Below are positions 36,618 through 47,200 of a stretch of 64,000 nt of DNA, one piece after another (position 1 is the stretch's first letter; the number at the start of each line of letters is the position of its first letter). The position numbers were made by a program, and so were the translations under genes. Source of the stretch: a virus; the IMG/VR virus record IMGVR_UViG_3300043446_003177, positions 1-64,000 of that record; one strand, given 5' to 3'. A model generated the notes under the pieces. That model worked only from the letters and a program-made list of their open reading frames with translations, did no database searches and was not told the DNA's origin.

Positions 36618-37408
36618 TGCCTTTTCAATTTAGAAATTATGGAACCTTTACGGGACCTGCAGGAACTTACGATTATCTAGATGAGGAACCTACTTGGCCC
36701 GAAGATCTTCCAGAAGATGTTTCCTTTAAACTAACTGATCTTGCTGTTGTTCTATTCAACAATCAAGCAAATTATGTCGGGTTCTATTGTAATGGAACAA
36801 ACACCCAGTTAATGACTCTTGCTCATAGCACTGGTAATATTCCAACTCTTAGAATTCAGGCTGATAATACTATTGTTAATGGAAAAGCATTAATAAATGG
36901 AAATACTATTGTAAATGGAACTGTTCTTGTAAATGGTTCATTAACTGTTACTGGATCTATTTCTGGTCCAACAATTACTCAGTTACAAGCTCAGATAGCA
37001 TCTAAGAAATCTTTTGATATCCCACACCCAACTAAAAAAGATCACAGACTGAGATATATCTGCTTAGAAGGACCTGCTGCTGAAGTATATTTTAGAGGTA
37101 AATTGCAGAACCAATCTGTAATTGAAATTCCAGAATATTGGTCAGAATTGGTTGATATGGAGACTTTGGGAGTTCAATTGACCCCAATTGGTGCTTATCA
37201 AGAATTGTTTGTCGATAAGGTCGAGTGGGGTAAGAGAATTGTTATCCGCAATAATGCTGGTTCAAACATCAATTGTTATTATACTGTTACAGCAGAAAGA
37301 AAAGACGTTGAAAGAAATATACCAGAATATCCAGGAAATAGTCCTAAAGATTATCCTGGAAATAATTCCGAATACGCCATTAATGGTGGAACTAAGTTAG
37401 ATATTTGA
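36617..37408 (+). CDS. Structural protein carrying a paralogous CLEGP domain
   Basis: HPTKKDHRLRYICLEGPAAEVYFRG...IPEYW...VQLTPIG...AERKD. Confidence 0.65.
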   Translation: MPFQFRNYGTFTGPAGTYDYLDEEPTWPEDLPEDVSFKLTDLAVVLFNNQANYVGFYCNGTNTQLMTLAHSTGNIPTLRIQADNTIVNGKALINGNTIVNGTVLVNGSLTVTGSISGPTITQLQAQIASKKSFDIPHPTKKDHRLRYICLEGPAAEVYFRGKLQNQSVIEIPEYWSELVDMETLGVQLTPIGAYQELFVDKVEWGKRIVIRNNAGSNINCYYTVTAERKDVERNIPEYPGNSPKDYPGNNSEYAINGGTKLDI

Positions 37409-37418
37409 GGTAAAAATT

Positions 37419-38207
37419 ATGGGTTTTCCAACACCAATTCCACCTACAGCAGTTGAGTTATTGCAAAGTCAAGTATCAAACATTGGTATAGGAACTACTG
37501 GATTAAATGAACCAATTGATGAATCTGCACAAAGGTTGGGTTTAGTTTCTCCTGCTTGTGCAGGTATTGATAATTACATCATTCCTATAGTCAACTCTAT
37601 TAATAGTAAAAAACAACAAATTGTAGATATTTGTGATGCTGCAGAAGCAAGTTGTGGATTTTCAACCCGTGCATCTGATGTTACGTCTACTTATGGAGAT
37701 GTTGTAACAAGTGTAGGTGCTACATTTGGAAATCTTGTTGGTTTGGGTACGACTGCTGTAGTTGGATATGGGATAATTAGAAAAGATACTCTTAGAGCTT
37801 ACCAATTCCCCAATTTGGAAAACGGAGTATATAATACAGATAATCCTGTAGATTCTCCTGGCGAAGTCAATCTTACAGTTTCAAATGCTGGTATTGGAAA
37901 GACTACATTACTTTATCAAAATTATTCATCTGGAGATCTTGTTGGTTATTGTTATGTTATTTTGGGTAGTGGATCTTGTGCTTCATCTGCAAGTTCTATT
38001 ACAACTATGATAAATGAAATAGTATCAATAAGAAGTGGTCTAACTAGTCATATAACTGCTTCAAATACAACTAAAGATGTTCGATATGGGTTGCAACTTG
38101 AAAATTGGTCATATAAAAGATCTGTCCAAAGTCAAATTGAAAGGAGTAATGCCCTGAAAGGAGCAATTAATATTATTCAGAATCCTCTTTATGGTGGACC
38201 TTACTAA
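37419..38207 (+). CDS. Hypothetical virion-associated protein
   Basis: 262-aa ORF, GAGG RBS, GIGTT motifs. Confidence 0.6.
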   Translation: MGFPTPIPPTAVELLQSQVSNIGIGTTGLNEPIDESAQRLGLVSPACAGIDNYIIPIVNSINSKKQQIVDICDAAEASCGFSTRASDVTSTYGDVVTSVGATFGNLVGLGTTAVVGYGIIRKDTLRAYQFPNLENGVYNTDNPVDSPGEVNLTVSNAGIGKTTLLYQNYSSGDLVGYCYVILGSGSCASSASSITTMINEIVSIRSGLTSHITASNTTKDVRYGLQLENWSYKRSVQSQIERSNALKGAINIIQNPLYGGPY

Positions 38208-38216
38208 GGAGATAAT

Positions 38217-38921
38217 ATGGCTATTAATGTAGTACAAACTTCAGATAATCTTGGAATTACGAGTGTAGGTATATACTATACGGATAGAGATCCTGATTTT
38301 ACAACTTTCAATGTAAGTAGCAACATTGATGTTGGTGTAATAACATGCACTCAAATTAGACCTGAGGGTGCAAGTTTTGGATCATCTGGGCAAATTTTGA
38401 GTTCAGATGGGTCAAAAATTGCATGGACCAATCCATCTATGACCTCTGTCGGAGCAGCAATATCATTTGGTATTACGGATACACAAACTACAAATCAAAG
38501 TTTTTATGTTGTTTTTGTTTCTGAGACTACTGGTAATGCTATTGGAAGAATTGATACCCAAAGTTTGACTTACAATCCATCGACAAATATATTAAACGAT
38601 TCTAAGGGAAATCTGAGATCTATTCCTAGAAGAATTCCTGCTATTGGATCAACTGTTGTTGCGTCTTCTTTTGCTGGGGAATTTTTAAGTGTAACTGGTA
38701 TCGTTACCTTTTCTTCTGCAACTGCGTTTTCTCCTGGAGACGCAGTGACCATTTACAACAATAGTACTTCAAATATTACAATAAGCGCAGGAGCTGGGGT
38801 AACAATTAGGTTAGCCGGAACTAACAGTACAGGAAATCGAACTCTATCTCAAAGGGGCGTATGTAGTTTTATTTGTGTGGAGACTGATGTTTATGTTGGA
38901 AGCGGTGGAGGATTAACTTGA
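38217..38921 (+). CDS. Short fibre-like structural protein
   Basis: GQILSSDG, LTYNPST, GNRTLSQRG...SGGGLT C-terminus. Confidence 0.6.
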   Translation: MAINVVQTSDNLGITSVGIYYTDRDPDFTTFNVSSNIDVGVITCTQIRPEGASFGSSGQILSSDGSKIAWTNPSMTSVGAAISFGITDTQTTNQSFYVVFVSETTGNAIGRIDTQSLTYNPSTNILNDSKGNLRSIPRRIPAIGSTVVASSFAGEFLSVTGIVTFSSATAFSPGDAVTIYNNSTSNITISAGAGVTIRLAGTNSTGNRTLSQRGVCSFICVETDVYVGSGGGLT

Positions 38922-39754
38922 TGTCTATCATGCAAATGTTCTTTGGTGGTGGAGTAATCCCAGCAACTGGAGGAACAACGACTGATATTACAGTTTCTGG
39001 AATTACATATCGTGTGCATAGATTTAGTACAACTGGAACATTAAGTCTTCCCGCAGAACTTTCAAGTGTTGAATATTTGATTGTTGGTGGCGGTGGTGCG
39101 GGACGGGTTGGTGGTGGCGGTGGCGGCGCAGTTGAAAGCGGAACTTTTGCAACTCTTGCTGCTGGTTCATATAATGTTGCAGTTGGAGCAGGTGGCGGAC
39201 CATCTTCTAATGGATCTTTCAGTTCTTTTAATGGAATAACCGCTACAGGTGGCGGCCGTGGTGGATCTACAGGTGCGGGTAGTGCTGGTGCATCTGGTGG
39301 TGGTGGAGGAGCTCAGCAGGGAAGTACAACAGTATATGCTGGAGGAACTGCTACAAATGGTAATCCTGGTGGTTCTGGAACTGGTGGAACTGGTAACAAT
39401 ATTTCTGCTGCTTCTGGCGGTGGCGGCGGCGGCGCTGGTACTGCTGGTCAGAATGCTGGTGGGACAAATGGAATAATCGCTGGTAATGGTGGACTTGGAC
39501 TTAATTCTTCGATAACTGGAACCTCAGTTGCTTATGGCGGAGGTGGTGGTGGTGGAACTACGGATGGTAGTGGCGGCGGAGTTCCGGGTATTGGACGTGG
39601 CGGTGGTGGTAATGGAGGTGTCCTTGGGGGAAGTCCATCATCTCCGACTCCTGGAACTGACGGTCAAGGCGGCGGCGGTGGCGGAGATGCTTTTGGTGAT
39701 GGAGCTGCTGGTGGAGATGGGGTAGTTATTGTTCGATACAAACTGGCCGGTTGA
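38921..39754 (+). CDS. Glycine-rich domain protein (fibre-tip / adhesin-like)
   Basis: VEYLIVGGGGAG, many poly-Gly runs, ends GGDGVVIVRY. Confidence 0.7.
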   Translation: MSIMQMFFGGGVIPATGGTTTDITVSGITYRVHRFSTTGTLSLPAELSSVEYLIVGGGGAGRVGGGGGGAVESGTFATLAAGSYNVAVGAGGGPSSNGSFSSFNGITATGGGRGGSTGAGSAGASGGGGGAQQGSTTVYAGGTATNGNPGGSGTGGTGNNISAASGGGGGGAGTAGQNAGGTNGIIAGNGGLGLNSSITGTSVAYGGGGGGGTTDGSGGGVPGIGRGGGGNGGVLGGSPSSPTPGTDGQGGGGGGDAFGDGAAGGDGVVIVRYKLAG

Positions 39755-39779
39755 CGCCCTACCAAGACCCTGTTATAAT
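39751..39779 (+). promoter_or_regulatory. Sigma70-like promoter for the tRNA cluster
   Basis: TTGACG-17 nt-TATAAT. Confidence 0.75.
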
Positions 39780-39806
39780 AAGTGGGTAATCGAGAGAACC
39801 TCCTTC

Positions 39807-40013
39807 ATGACCTCCGAAATTGAACAAGACGAGTATTTGACTCGTTGCGTTGTAAACACAAGCGCACGTACTTTTAATTTGTATTCTAACCTTGGTGAAG
39901 AAAAAGTGGTTGAATGCGCCAATGTGAATGAGTTCATGAATGTTCTTTCTTTTGTGCGAGGTGTTCTTGATGAGGATACTCTTGCTTACTCAGATCCCCT
40001 TGTAAAAGGGTGA
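39807..40013 (+). CDS. Hypothetical protein
   Basis: ATG downstream of the promoter; EYLTRCVV...YSN.GEEKVVEC...FMNVL.FVR. Confidence 0.65.
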   Translation: MTSEIEQDEYLTRCVVNTSARTFNLYSNLGEEKVVECANVNEFMNVLSFVRGVLDEDTLAYSDPLVKG

Positions 40014-40019
40014 TCTATC

Positions 40020-40090
40020 GCGGGCATGGTGTAGCGGTAACATCTGAGCCTTCCAAGCTCCAGTCACGGGTTCGATCCCCGTTGCCCGCT
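40020..40090 (+). tRNA. tRNA-Gly(TCC)
   Basis: GCGGGCA/TGCCCGC acceptor, CTTCCAA anticodon loop, GGTTCGATCC T-arm. Confidence 0.9.
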
Positions 40091-40110
40091 CTTACCTTTA
40101 ATGGTAAATT

Positions 40111-40293
40111 ATGAACTTAAAAGAACCTAGAGTTAAAACAACACCACAGAATGTAAAAGAAGCGAATGAAGCACTTTTTACAGCAAAATGGAATCTTCCT
40201 CAAGCGGCAAAGCATTGTGGAATGTCTCAAAAAGAAATGAAGTTGACCTTTTTTGAGTATTTGAAGTATAATCCTATCACCTACGAAGGGTGA
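40111..40293 (+). CDS. Small HTH-like hypothetical protein
   Basis: WNLPQAAKHCGMSQKEMK. Confidence 0.6.
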   Translation: MNLKEPRVKTTPQNVKEANEALFTAKWNLPQAAKHCGMSQKEMKLTFFEYLKYNPITYEG

Positions 40294-40299
40294 TTTCTT

Positions 40300-40383
40300 G
40301 GGGCGGTGGTGGAAGTGGTAGACACATCAGACTTAAAATCTGCTGGGAGTAATCCCGTGGGGGTTCAAGTCCCCCTCGCCCTA
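40300..40383 (+). tRNA. tRNA-Leu(TAA)
   Basis: GGGGCGG/TCGCCCT acceptor, CAGA-CTTAAAA-TCTG, long variable arm, GGTTCAAGTCC. Confidence 0.92.
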
Positions 40384-40430
40384 CTGGAGGTTTTTTTAAC
40401 CTCTAAATAAACAAAAGTAGGAAAAGTCCT

Positions 40431-40700
40431 ATGAAATACAAAATTGATACGGCATATTGCTGGTACAATAAAGGAACTCAAATAGTTCTTATGTATTTCA
40501 TAAATCATATTCCATTTACTTTTGACGACGTTCCTGATAGTTACCTATACGATTCGGAAGTCATAGAGTCGGCAGATAAGCAAAGACGCTTTGAACCAGA
40601 GGATTTATATAGATCATCATTCTATTTGATTGATGAACAATGTCATCCAATGTTGTTTGAGGTTGAACTGGAAAATCCAGAAATGTTACCTGTTGATTGA
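40431..40700 (+). CDS. Hypothetical protein
   Basis: 89-aa ORF between tRNAs, preceded by CTAAATA. Confidence 0.65.
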   Translation: MKYKIDTAYCWYNKGTQIVLMYFINHIPFTFDDVPDSYLYDSEVIESADKQRRFEPEDLYRSSFYLIDEQCHPMLFEVELENPEMLPVD

Positions 40701-40701
40701 T

Positions 40702-40773
40702 GCCCTTGTAGCTCAGTGGTAGAGCAACGGTTTTGTAAACCGTTGGTCGCTGGTTCAAATCCAGTCGGGGGCT
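40702..40773 (+). tRNA. tRNA-Thr(TGT)
   Basis: GCCCTTG/CGGGGGC acceptor, ACGGT-TTTGTAA-ACCGT, GGTTCAAATCC. Confidence 0.93.
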
Positions 40774-40776
40774 TCC

Positions 40777-40857
40777 GCCTGAGTGGTGGAATGGTAGACA
40801 CGCATGACTTAGGATCATGTGCCGCAAGGCGTGAAGGTTCAAGTCCTTTCTCAGGCA
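40777..40857 (+). tRNA. tRNA-Leu(TAG)
   Basis: GCCTGAG/CTCAGGC acceptor, CATGA-CTTAGGA-TCATG, variable arm GCCGCAAGGC. Confidence 0.93.
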
Positions 40858-40873
40858 CTTATTGAGGTGTTTT

Positions 40874-41029
40874 ATGTCTTTAATATCACAAAAAGATAGA
40901 GAAGTTGCTATTGAAGCACTTGATTTTTATCTCTTCAGTAAAGGTATAGACTTCACTGAAGAAAAAAGAATGGAAGTTAACGCACTTTTGAATTGGATTA
41001 AACTAGAGTATGAAAAAAATAATTTGTAA
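40874..41029 (+). CDS. Small hypothetical protein (51 aa); absent from the ORF track
   Basis: GAGGT RBS; MSLISQKDREVAIEALDFY...NALLNWIKLE. Confidence 0.65.
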   Translation: MSLISQKDREVAIEALDFYLFSKGIDFTEEKRMEVNALLNWIKLEYEKNNL

Positions 41030-41041
41030 GGTTAAACAAAT

Positions 41042-43538
<2,497 letters not shown>

Positions 43539-43552
43539 GGCATTATCATTTA

Positions 43553-44176
43553 ATGAAGTCTGACTATTATATTGAACGTGTGAATAAATCAGAATCCGCA
43601 GAGTTACTTCTGCGGTTTCATTATCTTAAAGACTTTTCTAAAGGATTTAAGAGTGGATATAACTATGGTTTATATAAAAGTAATGACTTTTGTCCATTAA
43701 ATATTGGTGGTATTCAGGGAGTTTGTCTTTTTACTGGTCTACCAGTTCCAGAAATTGCAGTAGGAGCATTTGGCTTAAATCGTGATGAACAGCAAGGAAT
43801 ATTTGAACTTTCGAGACTCTGCATCCACCCAGACACACAATCTGTGGAGCATAATATCACTTCTTGGTTTGTTTCAAGAGCGATTAGACAGTTACGGAAG
43901 GATACTGAAGTTAAAGCAATCATCTCTTACGCTGATAGTGATTTCCATAATGGTACAATCTATCGCGCTTGTAATTTTAAATATTGCGGACTCACAGACC
44001 CAAAGAAAGATTTCTACTATGCAGACGGAACTAAACACTCTAGAGGTAAAGTTAAAGGTGCTGCAGGAGAATGGAAAGACCGGTCCCGCAAACATCGGTA
44101 TGTGATGATCTTTGATAAAAATCTTAAATGTTTGTGGGAAAGTGAGAATTGTGCTATAATTGATGGGTCCGTGTGA
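43553..44176 (+). CDS. Mom-like GNAT-fold DNA (adenine) modification protein
   Basis: HYL, FELSRLC, ISYADS..HNGTIYRACNF, K.RY motifs typical of the Mom family. Confidence 0.7.
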   Translation: MKSDYYIERVNKSESAELLLRFHYLKDFSKGFKSGYNYGLYKSNDFCPLNIGGIQGVCLFTGLPVPEIAVGAFGLNRDEQQGIFELSRLCIHPDTQSVEHNITSWFVSRAIRQLRKDTEVKAIISYADSDFHNGTIYRACNFKYCGLTDPKKDFYYADGTKHSRGKVKGAAGEWKDRSRKHRYVMIFDKNLKCLWESENCAIIDGSV

Positions 44177-44191
44177 AGGAAGTCCAATTTC

Positions 44192-44224
44192 TCCCCTCTA
44201 ATTGTTAATTAGAGGGGATTTCTT
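44192..44224 (+). terminator. Rho-independent terminator
   Basis: TCCCCTCTAATT-gtt-AATTAGAGGGGA followed by TTTTCTT. Confidence 0.75.
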
Positions 44225-44266
44225 ATAGATAAATAACTTATAACGGAACTCAATAACAGTAATAAA

Positions 44267-47200
44267 ATGGGTCTTAGTCGTTTAAATAATTTTCTTAAGA
44301 ATCCAAGAGGAGAGATCATTTATGTTGATCCCTCAAGTTTAGACTCTACTGATAGTATTGAAAATCAGGGAAACTCTCTTACTAGACCTTTTAAAACTCT
44401 ACAAAGAGCTTTAATTGAAGCGGCAAGATTTTCCTACCAAGCAGGAAAAAATAATGATAGGTTTGGTAGAACAACAATCATGCTCTATCCAGGAGAGCAT
44501 ACTATTGATAATAGACCAGGATTAATTCCTATTCATGAAGCGCCTATTTCTGGAAATAACTTTTTAGCGAGATCTGGAACTCCTACTAATAATTTTTATG
44601 AATTAGATGCAGCATCTAATTTTGATTTAGAATCTCAAGATAATGTCCTTTACAAATTCAATAGCATTCATGGTGGTGTTATTATTCCAAGAGGATGTTC
44701 TATTGTAGGATTGGATCTAAGAAAGACTACTTTGAGACCAAGATATGTTCCAAATCCAGAGAATGATCAAATTGAGAGATCTGCTGTTTTTAGAGTAACT
44801 GGTGCAAGTTATTTCTGGCAGTTTACTTTGCTTGATGGTAGCCCAAGTGGGTATGTTTATAAAGATTATACTAATAATAAATTTATTCCCAATTTTTCTC
44901 ACCACAAATTAACTTGTTTTGAGTATGCGGATGGAGTTAATGATGTAGTTATTAATGATGATTTTGTTACTTGGGTTTCTACAAGAACAGATCTTGAAAT
45001 GTATTATGAAAAAATTGGTATTGCGTTCGGACCTTCAAGTGGAAGACCTGTTCCTGCAGCAGATAGCATTTATGGTGATTATCCATCTACGATAGATATT
45101 GAACCAAAAATTGATGAATTTAGAATTGTTGGATCTCCTGCCGATAGCGTAGGAATTTCAAGTATTAAGGCAGGAGATGGTACAACATCATCAACAACAG
45201 TTACAGTAACATTTACTTCTCCTTCAAATGTATTCCAGGTAGACTCTCCAATTAGAGTTCAAGGTGTAACAGCTTCTGGATACAATGGACAATATGTTAT
45301 TAGTGAAGTTGTAAGTTCAAGTCAAATTAAATATACTGTACAAAATCCACCATCACAACCACTTCCAACTATTAATGGTTCTCCTACTGTTACGGCTGTA
45401 GTTGATACGGTATCTTCAGCTTCTCCATACATTTTCAACGTTTCTCTACGTTCAGTATTTGGAATGTGTGGATTACATGCCGATGGTGATAAGGCAACAG
45501 GATTTAAATCCATGGTTGTCGCTCAATTTACTGCGATTGGACTACAGAAAGATCCAAATGCATTTATTAAATATGATCCTACATCTGGATCATATTTGGA
45601 TTATACTTCTCCTGGTAATGAGAATATTGGATCTGATTCAAAAGCGAGATATAATCCCAAATATGAGAATTACCATATTAAAGCATCAAATGATGCGATT
45701 TTGCAGTTAGTTTCTATCTTTGCTATTGGATATGCAAATCAATTTGTTGCTGACGAAGGTGGAGATTTATCATTAACAAACTCAAACTCAAACTTTGGTG
45801 CTAGAGCTCTAATTGCTAGAGGATTTAAGAGAGAGGCATTCTTAAAGGATGATACTGGATACATTACTCATATTATTCCACCTAGAGAACTTGAAACTGA
45901 AGAGATTACTGTTGAATTTTTGGGAATAGATGTTGGTGTGACGACTGCTGTTGGTGCAGCAGCTTCTACAAGACTGTACTTATATGATTATCAGGACCAA
46001 GATACTCCACCAAATCATGTTATTCAGGGATATAGATTTGGTGCTAGGTATGATGATAAACTATATCTTACTATAATTAAACCTACTGGATCTGAAAAAG
46101 TTTCAACACCAATTTTAATGGAAGGAACTCCAGGAACTGGAGCTGAAGCAGTTGCTAAAAAAGTATTTACTGTTGGTATATCTGGAGTTGGTGTAAACCT
46201 AATACAGAATAATGTTTTAACCTTAACTAGTCCACATACTTTAAGAACTGGAGAAAGTGTTAGAGTTTTGAGTGCAAATGGAGCACTTCCTGATGGTATT
46301 ACATTCAACCAAGTTTATTATGCAATTACTTCTGAATATTCTCCATCACTACTTCCAAATCAGATTAAATTAGCACAAACAGTTAACGAAGCAATTAATG
46401 ATACTCCTTTAATTATTAATAGTAGAGGTGGATTATTAACTGTAGAAAGTAGAGTTTCTGATAAGGATCCTGGAGAACTTGGTCATCCAATTCAATTTGA
46501 TTCTGTTAGAAATCAGTGGTATATTACTGTTCCCGATAGTGTTGATAATGAAATTTATCCCATAATTAAAAAATATGGAATTGCAAATCTTGGCGAAACA
46601 ACATCAAAAACATATTTAAAGAGAAGACCTGATCCTAGACCATTATCAGATACTATTTTTAGACTTAGATATGTAATCCCTAAAGATTCTTCGATTAAAG
46701 GAAGACCACCTCTAGATGGATTTATTATCCAAGAATCAAATAGTTCTCTACCAGCAACAACTGCAGAAATTCAAAAGTATTTTGGATCAACTTACCAAGA
46801 ACTCAGTAACTCTACTGAATTAAGAAATCCAAAATTTATATCTTATGCTTATTGGGTTGATCAACCTGGATTTGGAAAAGTTGCAATCATCTCAACTGAG
46901 ATGCCGCACAACTTGTTCTTTGGATCTGAAGTTGAAATTCGCAATATTGTAAGTTCTGGTAACTTAACAGCAGAGTATGGTAAAGGATTCAATGGAAACT
47001 TTAGAGTTCTAACTACAATTTCTAGAAAAGAATTTGTTATTGCATTACCAAATAATCCAGGTATTTTCTTAAGCAATACTGCGGTTAGAACTTCTTCTCT
47101 TCCATATTACAAGAGAAAGAAATATCTTGGTACTTATGTTGTATATCGTACACAAGAAATCCAAGAATATATTCAGGGAGAAAAGGATGGTATTTACTAT

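Noticed and set aside
39741-39750. AACTGGCC as a fifth copy of the early-promoter dyad
   Set aside because: Only a half-site, 26 nt from the -10 box rather than 31-32, and inside a coding sequence.
40561-40858. Minus-strand ORFs over the tRNA cluster
   Set aside because: They are antisense to well-formed tRNA-Thr and tRNA-Leu genes.
41030-41041. SAM or SAH riboswitch upstream of metK
   Set aside because: Only 12 nt separate the upstream ORF from metK, and no aptamer-like structure was seen.
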